A stretch of 63,765 nucleotides of DNA, counting the filler, from an uncultured virus (IMG/VR IMGVR_UViG_2049941000_000602) (taxonomy: Duplodnaviria; Heunggongvirae; Uroviricota; Caudoviricetes). It is 12 parts of one record of this genome, joined end to end, with 100 filler letters (N's around TTAATTAATTAA, not from the genome) between each part and the next. Parts side by side here need not be neighbours in the genome. Positions count along the whole stretch, not along the records: positions 43,698 to 56,293 come from IMGVR_UViG_2049941000_000602; positions 56,394 to 60,595 come from IMGVR_UViG_2049941000_000602; positions 60,696 to 63,765 come from IMGVR_UViG_2049941000_000602; 9 more parts are not named here. One strand, given 5' to 3'. The notes beneath the pieces are model-generated. The model was not told the DNA's origin and made no database searches. It saw only the letters and a list, made by a program, of their open reading frames with translations. The position numbers were made by a program, and so were the translations under genes. This document shows, in pieces, positions 51,992 to 62,004 of the stretch (its first letter is position 1; each line of letters opens with the position of its first letter).

Positions 51992-54900
51992 CCGAAGATT
52001 GTCATGTCGTCGTCCTTCTTGACGGTCCTGTCACCCTTGACCTGTTCCTTGTAGTCGCAACGGTGCTTCGCCACCGACTTGCTGAACAGCTTGGTGATGT
52101 AGCTGGAAGTGCCGAGGGACTTCCCGTTCTTCGCCTTGACGTTCCCGTCGCGGTCGGCGAGCCAGTCGACGACCATCTGGACGGTACCGGCGTCGGTAGC
52201 CTTGGCCTGGTCGTTTAGCGTGTACTCGACAGTGAAGTCGTTGACGTAGTTCGCCTGTGTGGTGTAAACCCAAAGGTGCATCGTATACTTCACGTCGTAC
52301 AGCGGGATGTTGAGCCCGTTCTTGGCGTAGTCGGCCTTGAACTCGTCGGTGCAGTGCTCCTCGACGTACTTGTCCACCGGGATTCCCTTGGTGGATGCCC
52401 CAACGATGTTCCCGCGGTCGTCCACCGGAATCATGCCGTTCTTGACGATGTCGTCCAACGTGGCCAGGCCTCCCGTGGCGGAAACGCTGGGAAGCGCGAT
52501 GTCCACCTTGAAGCCGACGCCGATGGTCTCCGGGAGCTTCCCGTCCTTCGGGTCGGTGAACTTCACCTTGACCGGGTTTTTCGGGTTGTAGTGGTGGCCG
52601 TCGCCGTAGTATTCCTCGACCTTGTCGCGGTCAATCTCGGTTACCGGGTGGATGATGGAAACCTCGATGTCCTTGGCTTCCTTCATGATTACCAGTACCG
52701 TGTCGATGGCGACGTTGCCGGCCTTGTCCACGTAGCGGCGGATGACCATGTTCGGGCCCTTCTCGAGCCTCTGGAGGGTGAGGGTGTCCTGGACTTCCCC
52801 GTTGACCGTCCACTTTACCGGGATGGCGTTTGTATGGAAGATGGTGCCCTTCACGGGGTCGAGAATCTCGAGCTTGGGCGGGATGTCGTCGAAGACTATC
52901 GCCACCTCGGCGGATGCGCGGTTCCCGAAGTCGTCGGTATAGTCGTAGCGGACCGTATAGCCGATGTTGCCTTCCTCGTTCTTCACTACCTTCTTCTTGT
53001 CGTCCAGTTCGTAGGAAACTGTCGTGCAGGAATCCACATTGTATGAAACGCGGTAGTTGCCGATGCGTTCGCCGGTCATGCCGTCGGTCGTGTACGTGAT
53101 GGTCACGTCCTTGCCGCCTTCCTTGACCGTATAGGTTACGGTCTGCAGGGTATCTACCGGTTCCATCGTCTTGAGGTCGACAATCCTGGACAGGGTGACC
53201 TTGACGCCGTCGACCGTGACGACTTCCTTGACCTCCGCCTTGCCGTTGCCAATCGGGGTCACTTCCGCCTTGCTCTCGTCAATGATGTAGCTGTNNNNNN
53301 NNNNCCCTCGATTGTAATGTAGTCAATCATGGCGTCGGTGTTCTTGGCATTGGAGAGAATCACGACTGGCGGGACATCGTTGAAGATGAACACAACCTGG
53401 TCGCAGGAGGTCTTCCTCTCGTTGCACACCTTTACGGTCGTGTCCTTCCTGATGGTGACGCCCAGGGTGTCGAACACGCACTTGCCGGACTCGCAAATCC
53501 TGTAGTCGATAGTATGGTCCGGGACGTTGGTACGGACGGTGTCGCGCTTAGGCTCGCCGTCGACCTCGGTAATTTCCGTCTTTTCCGGGACATCCAGAAC
53601 CTTGATTACGACAGTAGCCGTATCGCTGAACTCGCCGTCGGTCACGATGACCTGGACTGTATCGCCGGCGGTCTTCTCGTAGTCGAACGGCTCCTTCACC
53701 GAGATTTCCCCGGTGGAGTCGATGGAATACCTGGCGGTGTCCGAGATGATGTAGGACGGCCTGGTATTGTCCTCGTCCCATGCTGGGACCTTGCAGCCGG
53801 TCTTCCCGGTGGCGTTCTCGGCCACGGTGCAGGTAGTATCCTTGACGTGGACGGGCTCGTTGATGTCACTTACCTTGACCGTGTAGGTCATGATGTCGGA
53901 AGCTCCGGCAGGGTCGCTGACGGTAACGGTCACCTTGACTTCCGGGGTCTTCTCGTAGTCGAGCGGGTCGGTGAGCTTGAGGACGCCGTTGGAGTCGATG
54001 GCGAATCCCGGTTCCAGAACCTTGAACGTCAGGGTATCCCTGTCGGGGTCGGTCGCCGTGATGATGCCGACGATGCAGTTCCCGCAGTTCTCCGGGACAG
54101 TGAGCGAGTCGTTCGGCTGGAGCACGGGAGGCTCGTTTCGGTTGATGACATTGACCACGACCTTCGCAGTATCGTAGAACTCGCCGTCCGTGACGATGAC
54201 TTCGACCGTGTCGGCCTTGGTATCGTCGTAGTTGTACGGGGTATTCAGCGTGAGGTTCCCGGTGGAGTCGATGGAATACTTCGCCGTGTCGGTAACGGAA
54301 TACTTCACCGGGGTCCTGTCCTCGTCGGATGCGGGGACCGTCCCGATTACCCCGGTCTTCCCCTCCTCGACGGCAAATGTCGTATCCGTGGCGTGGACGG
54401 GCTCGTTCACGTTGTCGACGACAATCTTGACCGTAGCGGTTGAGGTCTTGGTCCCGTCGGAAACCTTGACCGTAATCGTGGCGGTCTTTTCGGTCTCGTA
54501 GTCGAACGGAACGGTATTGGTAATTNNNNNNNNNNNNNNNNNNNNNNNNNNNNNNNNNNNNNNNNNNNNNNNNNNNNNNNNNNNNNNNNNNNNNNNNAGC
54601 TCGATTTCCTTCGGGTCCGTCTCGTAGTCGAACACCTTCGTGGCGTAGACCGTCCCGTCGGGGTTCACGGAGATTCCGTCGGCCGGGACGAGGACTTCCA
54701 GGGCGTTGTCGCGGAAGGAAGCCGGGATGTCCTGGTCTGTCCACTCAATCTTGCCGATTTTCGCGGGGACGGGGAGGTTCTCGCTGAACTCGACCTTCTC
54801 ACGACCATCNNNNNNNNNNNNNNNNNNNNNNNNNNNNNNNNNNNNNNNNNNNNNNNNNNNNNNNNNNNNNNNNNNNNNNNNNNNNNNNNNNNNNNNNNNN

Positions 54901-56293
54901 NNNNNNNNNNNNNNNNNNNNNNNNNNNNNNNNNNNNNNNNNNNNNNNNNNNNNNNNNNNNNNNNNNNNNNNNNNNNNNNNNNNNNNNNNNNNNNNNNNNN
55001 NNNNNNNNNNNNNNNNNNNNNNNNNNNNNNNNNNNNNNNNNNNNNNNNNNNNNNNNNNNNNNNNNNNNNNNNNNNNNNNNNNNNNNNNNNNNNNNNNNNN
55101 NNNNNNNNNNNNNNNNNNNNNNNNNNNNNNNNNNNNNNNNNNNNNNNNNNNNNNNNNNNNNNNNNNNNNNNNNNNNNNNNNNNNNNNNNNNNNNNNNNNN
55201 NNNNNNNNNNNNNNNNNNNNNNNNNNNNNNNNNNNNNNNNNNNNNNNNNNNNNNNNNNNNNNNNNNNNNNNNNNNNNNNNNNNNNNNNNNNNNNNNNNNN
55301 NNNNNNNNNNNNNNNNNNNNNNNNNNNNNNNNNNNNNNNNNNNNNNNNNNNNNNNNNNNCGTTGAGGTCGATTACGGATACCGGGATGTATCCCGTGACG
55401 GAATACCCGGCGGTGTCCTTGAGGGTGACCTTGATGGTATCCACCGGGGTAGTTTCGTAGTCTACCGGGGTAAGCAGGGTAAGCACGCCGGTGACGGAAT
55501 CCAGCGAGTAGCGGCCCGCGTATGCGGAATCCAGGACGAACCTGGTGGAGTCGGAGCCGTTCACAATCTTGATGTTGTCGACGACGCCGGTGTAGTTCTC
55601 CTTCTCGGAGTAAACGCCGGTGGAGTCGAACAGCGGGCGGGGGGTGTAGTCGGCGTCGATGATGCGGATTTTGAGTTCTCCGTCGGTCTTGTTGTTCGGG
55701 AGGACCGCGCCGGACTCGATGGAAATCTTCATGACCAGGTAGTCGGAGGGCTCGGTGATGGTGTCCTTCTTCACGTTGACCGTAATCGGGGTGGTCGGGA
55801 CCTTCTTGCCGGTCGGGATTACCACGGTCTTGGTCTCGGTGCCGCAGATGGGGAAGTCCGTCACCAGGTTGAAGTCGTCAACCGTCACGCCGTCGCGGAG
55901 GTCGAAGCAGTAGTTGAAGTATACGTCTACGGTGGCGGTGTCGCTCAGCTTGATTGGGATGACTACGGTGGAGTCGTTCTCGCGGAGGCCGCCGTCCTTG
56001 TTGAGTTCCGGGTCGATGTCGAGCGTATCAGGGTCGAACGGGACGAAGCGGAAGTTCTCGCCCTTGAAGTCGTCGCCGATTTCGAGCTGGTTGGCCAGGA
56101 GCTGCCCGGCGAAGTCCAGGTTGCACTTCAGGAAAATCTTGCCGGTAGTGATGAATGAACCCTGGATGGGCACGTTGTCGGTATTGTCGAACGTGATGTT
56201 GTTGTTGGAATAGAACATCACGTTGCCGCGGTACTGCTTCTGCGTCTGGATTTCATCGCCGTCCTCGGTCCTGTATATCACGTTGAACGTCGT
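51992..56293 (-). CDS. Large cadherin-repeat surface protein of Fibrobacter type (gapped, both ends missing)
   Basis: Repeated (L/F/V)DYE, D.NEP and A.D.D calcium motifs; Calx-beta/Ig-like segments; C-terminal ...WLAD.DG.VK..NG..LGT..YI.K... domain resembling Fibrobacter secreted proteins. Confidence 0.8.
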
Positions 56294-57226
56294 NNNNNNN
56301 NNNNNNNNNNNNNNNNNNNNNNNNNNNNNNNNNNNNNTTAATTAATTAANNNNNNNNNNNNNNNNNNNNNNNNNNNNNNNNNNNNNNNNNNNNTTTTTAA
56401 TCAAAAAGAACCACATCCAACAAAAGTATTTAGAAAAACTATTGGAAATGATATAGATTATTGTAGGATATGGGAATATGTATATGAAAAATATATTACA
56501 CGCGTTAGGCGTATGATTTCATGTGGTGAAAACCCATCATTTTTACTAAGACCAAATGNNNNNNNNNNNNNNNNNNNNNNNNNNNNNNNNNNNNNNNNNN
56601 NNNNNNNNNNNNNNNNNNNNNNNNNNNNNNNNNNNNNNNNNNNNNNNNNNNNNNNNNNNNNNNNNNNNNNNNNNNNNNNNNNNNNNNNNNNNNNNNNNNN
56701 NNNNNNNNNNNNNNNNNNNNNNNNNNNNNNNNNNNNNNNNNNNNNNNNNNNNNNNNNNNNNNNNNNNNNNNNNNNNNNNNNNNNNNNNNNNNNNNNNNNN
56801 NNNNNNNNNNNNNNNNNNNNNNNNNNNNNNNNNNNNNNNNNNNNNNNNNNNNNNNNNNNNNNNNNNNNNNNNNNNNNNNNNNNNNNNNNNNNNNNNNNNN
56901 NNNNNNNNNNNNNNNNNNNNNNNNNNNNNNNNNNNNNNNNNNNNNNNNNNNNNNNNNNNNNNNNNNNNNNNNNNNNNNNNATGAAAAATATTTGAAATTT
57001 AATATAGATTTTACGTTATCATTACCTAATTGCGCTTGATTATAGATAATAATTTTAGTATCACTAGTTTCTTTAAAATCAGTGATGTCGTGTGTTTGCG
57101 CTAATATTCCTGGGCCAAGTAAAATGACCGCATCTTGGCTATCGTTGAAANNNNNNNNNNNNNNNNNNNNNNNNNNNNNNNNNNNNNNNNNNNNNNNNNN
57201 NNNNNNNNNNNNNNNNNNNNNNNNNN

Positions 57227-57481
57227 CACGTACCTGAGCCCCTGCGGACGCTCCACGTAGCCCGAAATGGCAATCTTGGCCCGGTTCGGTTCCTTCAGGG
57301 CGACCCTGATGATTGACTTGGCTATCCCGTGGTCGATGCGGTTCTGCTCGGTCTTGTCGGCATAGCGGGCCTTGTACTCCAGCGCGTGCTCGGTATAGTC
57401 CCCCGAAGCGAGGGCGTTGTATATCATCTTGGTAAGAATCGGGACGTACTTTCCGTCTATCTTGGTAGCCATGTTCGTCAT
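57227..57481 (-). CDS. Hypothetical protein N-terminus
   Basis: MATKIDGKYVPILTKMIY..; TATAAACT at 57500..57507. Confidence 0.55.
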
Positions 57482-57499
57482 TCCGGGTCGGTTTCCTGC

Positions 57500-57535
57500 A
57501 GTTTATACCGGTTCTGCCGGAAATTGCTATATTTG
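57500..57535. promoter_or_regulatory. Back-to-back TATAAACT (minus) and TTGCTATATTTG (plus) promoters
   Basis: AGTTTATA 57500..57507; TTGCTATATTTG 57524..57535. Confidence 0.7.
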
Positions 57536-57539
57536 GACC

Positions 57540-58010
57540 ATGAGCGAATACATTGACGACCCAATTATCCAGCCGGAACCTGAAAACGAGAAACAGGTTA
57601 TTCTTACACTTGGAGTGGAAGTTGAAGCCACCGACGGCAGGTTCCCGGACCCGCATGACGTCACCAACGGCAGGATTGTGTGCATCTCCCTGTGCGTCAC
57701 TGGCCTCGACGGCGTCATGTGCTACGCTACGCATGAACTCACCCCGTACCTTAACGGAAAGATGGACCCGGAAGACACCTACGTCAAGTGCAAGGACGAA
57801 GCCGACATGCTCACCAGGGCACTCAGGTTCATCGGGGTGTGCAAGCCGACCCATCTCCGCGGGGACTCCGGGAAGGACCTGGACTTCATCACTGCCAGGG
57901 CACATGCGATGCACCTGAAAATCGACATGCCTGACCTGGACAAGATGTTCAGGCAGTACGACAAGCCGTTTGCCGACCTATACGGCGGATTCAACCAGGA
58001 GAAGAAATGA
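57540..58010 (+). CDS. Stand-alone family B polymerase 3'-5' exonuclease-like domain, degenerate
   Basis: ILTLGVEV....RFPDP....IVCIS, DEADML...L.FI....P..L.G......DFI..RA. Confidence 0.6.
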   Translation: MSEYIDDPIIQPEPENEKQVILTLGVEVEATDGRFPDPHDVTNGRIVCISLCVTGLDGVMCYATHELTPYLNGKMDPEDTYVKCKDEADMLTRALRFIGVCKPTHLRGDSGKDLDFITARAHAMHLKIDMPDLDKMFRQYDKPFADLYGGFNQEKK

Positions 58011-58267
58011 AGAAACTATTTCCGTTAATTCTGCTTGCCATCGTGACAGCACTTACCGGCTGCAGCACCCCCCAGGGAGAAGTCGAGCATTGGGAGGACG
58101 AGGGACGGATTGTCCGAATCATCGAAATCGGCAAGCACTGGGACATTTACTGCGACAAGTCTACCAACATCGCCTACCTCCGCTACTGGGCGGTTAAGCG
58201 TGCCGGGTTAACCCCTTACCTCAATTCCGATGGGCAGCCTGCCCGCTGCAACGAGGTTCACCGCTAG
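58007..58267 (+). CDS. Small lipoprotein (DUF6440-like)
   Basis: Lipobox LTGC; IY.DK.T...YL......GLTP.L..DG.P. Confidence 0.75.
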   Translation: MKKLFPLILLAIVTALTGCSTPQGEVEHWEDEGRIVRIIEIGKHWDIYCDKSTNIAYLRYWAVKRAGLTPYLNSDGQPARCNEVHR

Positions 58268-58467
58268 TCGTCCCACTGTCCGAGGTCAGCCCCGGAAACC
58301 CCGGAGTTGGCCTTTGCCTCCAGCTTGGCGCTGAAGGCATCGCGGACTACGGTCTCTTCCTTGACCAATACCTTGTACAGCTTTCCATCGGACTTACGTT
58401 CGTAGCCCTTGAATACATAGCCTTCTGCCTTGAGCCGGGCTTCTTTTTCTTTTGCTGACTCCGCCAT
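58264..58467 (-). CDS. Hypothetical protein
   Basis: MAESAKEKEARLKAEGY...GQWDD*, directly after HD gene stop. Confidence 0.55.
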   Translation of the reverse strand: MAESAKEKEARLKAEGYVFKGYERKSDGKLYKVLVKEETVVRDAFSAKLEAKANSGVSGADLGQWDD

Positions 58468-58471
58468 ATCG

Positions 58472-58660
58472 TTAAGCCAATATAACCAGCTGTGCGAGTT
58501 CCTTGCACGGCTGCGGGATGTCCTCACGACGCAGTAGCATCTCGCACACGTTATGGTACATGCGGTTGAGCGCGCTTTCCTTCGGCTGGTCGTACGAGTT
58601 GTAGACCATGTCGGCCAGCTTGATGAGAAGTGCGTCCTTGCTGAGGGAGCAGAGCTTCTC
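58472..58660 (-). CDS. C-terminus of second HD hydrolase (allele)
   Basis: ALLIKLADMVYN; near-identical to 63028..63216. Confidence 0.75.
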   Translation of the reverse strand, partial: EKLCSLSKDALLIKLADMVYNSYDQPKESALNRMYHNVCEMLLRREDIPQPCKELAQLVILA

Positions 58661-58853
58661 NNNNNNNNNNCCCGTTCCAGTTCAGCCACCACAGGTACTT
58701 CTTGTCCTTGTCCCGTTCAAGNNNNNNNNNNCGGTGTGGTTGTCCAGGAAGGCCTGGTCGAACCTCCGCAACCCGGTTTCTANNNNNNNNNNCGTCCCGT
58801 TCACGACGTCCCATTCTTCCTTGGTGTGGTTGTCCAGGAAGGCNNNNNNNNNN

Positions 58854-59416
58854 CCGCCATAGGGCCTGATGAAGAACTCGTCCTGCGGTTCCTCCTCTTC
58901 AGGTTTCTTCTTCTTGCCGAACAGTCCGCGTACGGTATCCCCGATGGACTCGCAACACGCGTCGTAACCTGTACTGAGTGCATCCGACAGTTCCTCGCAC
59001 CCGGCTTCCCTGCATATCGACTCAATCAGGCCTGGCCTGCTATCGGAAATCGACTCCATTCTTGTTTCATCGCTTTCCTTGATTCCCATTACCGACTGCG
59101 GGATTGACTGGTACACCTTCCCCCTGGCGTTGTTGAATGTCCCGTTCACGACGTCCCATTCTTCCTTGGTGTGGTTGTCCAGGAAGGCCTGGTCGAACCT
59201 CCGCAACCCGGTTTCTATGAATGTCCGTATCATGGCGTCGTACTCTGCGTCCGGCACCGGGTTCACCGGGGCCGCCTGGTGAGCCTGGTAGTCCGGCTTC
59301 ACCTTCAGGATGTCCTGTATCGTATCGTATACCGAGAGGTTGATTTTGCTGCGTTCCACCAGGATTTCCTTCATCCGGTCGAACGGTACCGGCTGGCCCG
59401 ACGCGGCGCCCTCCTT
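58854..59416 (-). CDS. Hypothetical putative virion protein (fragment)
   Basis: Open frame with GLIESIC...GYDACCES; pieces repeated at 58732..58843. Confidence 0.5.
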
Positions 59417-59426
59417 NNNNNNNNNN

Positions 59427-59700
59427 CCGACTTCTTGAATGACTTATAATTCTTTTTGACCCACAGAATCTCAACAACTCCACATCGATTCAATAGCAAC
59501 AAGTCTTTGGGAAGCTCTCGCTCTTTCTTTGGAAATTCATCCTCAGATAATGTTAACACTATATGAAATGCCGGCCCACACATGTAATATAAGCTAAATA
59601 TAGTTAAGCCAACCGTGTTAATTCTACGTTTCCAACTGGTCAACGCAATTACTGCCCGTTTCCTGCGTGGCAACGTCCCCTGTTCGATATGCTCCATCAT
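59427..59700 (-). CDS. Glycosyltransferase paralog (partial)
   Basis: IALTSWKRRI, LTLSEDEFP.KE.ELP, EILW..KN.KS.KK. Confidence 0.75.
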
Positions 59701-60383
59701 TTCTTTCCAAGCTCCTTCAGCAGTTTCCTGTAGCATTCCCCGGGGTCGACCTTTGAATACGTCCGGTAGAATGCGGTATTCCCTATTTCAACCTGCTTTA
59801 CGAACGGCCAGGAACCCAGCTTCCTCACATTGGTCCCCGCCAGGTAAACCCTGATTCCGTTCCAGACGTCGTCCTCCAGCCCCCGGAAAATCCGGTCGAA
59901 CAGCGCGTTGTCCAGCGGATACAGCGACCTGGGCGGGAACAGGCGTCCCCACCCGCTAATCTTTATCGCGTGATTCGCCGGGAAGTCCCAGACGTGGGCG
60001 TATATTGCATCCTTCGGGTATTTCCGGTGGCAGTCCATGAAGGACTCCACGAAGTTGTCGCGCACGATGATATCGTCGTCGGTGGTGATAATCGGCAGGT
60101 CTGGGTATGCCTGCATCGCCGGGTCCAGCTTCTTGAGCGCCCGGGTATTCTTCTTGGTCCACATTATGTCGAACTTCGGTTCGACCTGTGCAATCTTGAG
60201 GAGGTTCTTCGGTACATCCCGTTCCTTCCCGGGGAACTCGTCGGTGCTCAGCACAAGGAGCACCTTGTAGTTGTACTTGGTCTTCTGCTGCAGCAGCGAG
60301 AATATGGCCAGCTGCACGATTTCACTGTACAGCCTGCCCTTCCAGCTGGTAAGCGACACTATCACTTCCGGGTTCGTCTCCAT
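59697..60383 (-). CDS. GT-A fold glycosyltransferase (family 2-like)
   Basis: IVSLTSWKGR, LS.DEFP.KE, KKL.PA...YPD.PIITTDDD (DxD), L(F)PP, EDDVW. Confidence 0.82.
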   Translation of the reverse strand: METNPEVIVSLTSWKGRLYSEIVQLAIFSLLQQKTKYNYKVLLVLSTDEFPGKERDVPKNLLKIAQVEPKFDIMWTKKNTRALKKLDPAMQAYPDLPIITTDDDIIVRDNFVESFMDCHRKYPKDAIYAHVWDFPANHAIKISGWGRLFPPRSLYPLDNALFDRIFRGLEDDVWNGIRVYLAGTNVRKLGSWPFVKQVEIGNTAFYRTYSKVDPGECYRKLLKELGKK

Positions 60384-60695
60384 TGTATCTCTCCTTGTGT
60401 ACTTCCACCGGGTCACTCTATCGCGTTCACCACCCTGTACAGGGTATCCTCGAACGTCGGCATGTCGGGGTTATCCTTGATTGCCGGGAGGAGCCTCTTG
60501 ATGTACCCGATTGCCTGTTCCTTGGTTATCTTGCCGTCATAGTCGCAGTTGATTTCCCCGAGGATGCTCCAGATGAGCCCCGGATACCTGTTCGGNNNNN
60601 NNNNNNNNNNNNNNNNNNNNNNNNNNNNNNNNNNNNNNNTTAATTAATTAANNNNNNNNNNNNNNNNNNNNNNNNNNNNNNNNNNNNNNNNNNNN

Positions 60696-61037
60696 GGTCA
60701 TGTACTCGGTCTTCCCGACCTCCTCGATGATGTGCCGGTTGTTGGTCAGTTCCAGGACGAGCTCGGCGACAGCCTCGTTCCCGGACACTACGGCGATTTC
60801 CTCGAAGGATGTCTCGGTGTCCTCAAGCAGGTCGTGGCCGAACGCCGCGTTAATCTGGACTGTAGTTCCACCGTAGCGCTTTACCAGCCAGGCCACCCCT
60901 CTTGGATGTACGAAGTACGGCATACCGCTGCCCTTGCGCTCCTGGTGGGCATGCCTGCCCTTTGCGAAGTAGTACATTGCGCGGCACTCGAGCGGGAAGT
61001 CGGTTGACTTGGACTTCTTGAACATTGCGCTGAACAT
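60696..61037 (-). CDS. Second HD-domain hydrolase, Mesh1/SpoT-like (N-terminal part)
   Basis: FA...HAHQERKGSGMPYFVHPRGVA, AAFGHDLLEDT, VAELV.ELT. Confidence 0.88.
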
Positions 61038-61460
61038 GCTGTGCCTCCTTTTCGTTTCTTGTGGGTTTCTATTACAAATATGGCAATTATCATCAAACCT
61101 ATAACAGGTTATTTTGGCATAAGTTCCTTGGGAAACGGCTTGACCATTCGGTAGTCTTCGTCATAGCGGTTGCATCGCAACCCCGTGNNNNNNNNNNNNN
61201 NNNNNNNNNNNNNNNNNNNNNNNNNNNNNNNNNNNNNNNNNNNNNNNNNNNNNNNNNNNNNNNNNNNNNNNNNNNNNNNNNNNNNNNNNNNNNNNNNNNN
61301 NNNNNNNNNNNNNNNNNNNNNNNNNNNNNNNNNNNNNNNNNNNNNNNNNNNNNNNNNNNNNNNNNNNTAAATTCTTCCCGTGCGAGGTTTTCTTTGATTT
61401 CAAGTTCGGTCTGTTCGGTCATTATGTTGTCTCCCTTTCGTTTCTTGTGGGTTTCTACTC

Positions 61461-61506
61461 CAAATATAGCAATTTCCGTCCGAGCCGGTCATTTTTGCTA
61501 TATTTG
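61461..61506. promoter_or_regulatory. Divergent pair of TTGCTATATTTG promoters
   Basis: CAAATATAGCAA 61461..61472 and TTGCTATATTTG 61495..61506; variant at 61075..61086, another at 61989..62000. Confidence 0.75.
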
Positions 61507-61530
61507 TACAAGAACAATATAGAGGTAAAT

Positions 61531-61986
61531 ATGGATTTAAAAGTTTGCTCAATATGTGGCTTCCCGCTGAAGCACTTCTGGCGGAATGCCGACCCAATCA
61601 AGAACGACATCTGTTGCGACCGCTGCTTCACCATGAAGGTGATTCCCGCCCGCGAGGAGAAGATTCGTGCGTGGAACTCTGAGGAGAGGCTCCGGGAGAC
61701 ACTGGTGGAGAACAAGGGGAAGGCCGAGGAGGTGGACACCGGCTGCCCCACCGGCAAGATACGGTACAAGTCGAAGGTGGATGCCGAGTTCGCCCTGTAC
61801 AAGTGCGGCGCTAAGCAGTCGGGCAACCGGCACGAGAAGGCGGTGTATTTCTGCCAGCAGTGCCAGTCGTTCCACCTTACGAGCCACGACCTGCTCCCGT
61901 CCTGGAAGGATAGGAACCGTCCAGGGAACTATGTTAATCCGGGGCCAGCAAAATATGTCCCCACGGCCCGCGACGTTGAGTGGTGA
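61531..61986 (+). CDS. Protein with two putative zinc-finger domains
   Basis: CSICG...NA.P....CCDRC and CPTGK.RY.....A..AL....E..VYFCQQCQSFHLTS. Confidence 0.75.
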   Translation: MDLKVCSICGFPLKHFWRNADPIKNDICCDRCFTMKVIPAREEKIRAWNSEERLRETLVENKGKAEEVDTGCPTGKIRYKSKVDAEFALYKCGAKQSGNRHEKAVYFCQQCQSFHLTSHDLLPSWKDRNRPGNYVNPGPAKYVPTARDVEW

Positions 61987-62004
61987 ATTTGCTATATTTG
62001 GGAC

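Noticed and set aside
56394..57150. Very AT-rich coding fragments
   Set aside because: Too short and gapped to assign; may be polysaccharide-related genes or foreign contigs
318..60651. TTAATTAATTAA repeated 11 times
   Set aside because: Always centred in N runs and supplies stops in all six frames: an artificial concatenation spacer, not a biological repeat
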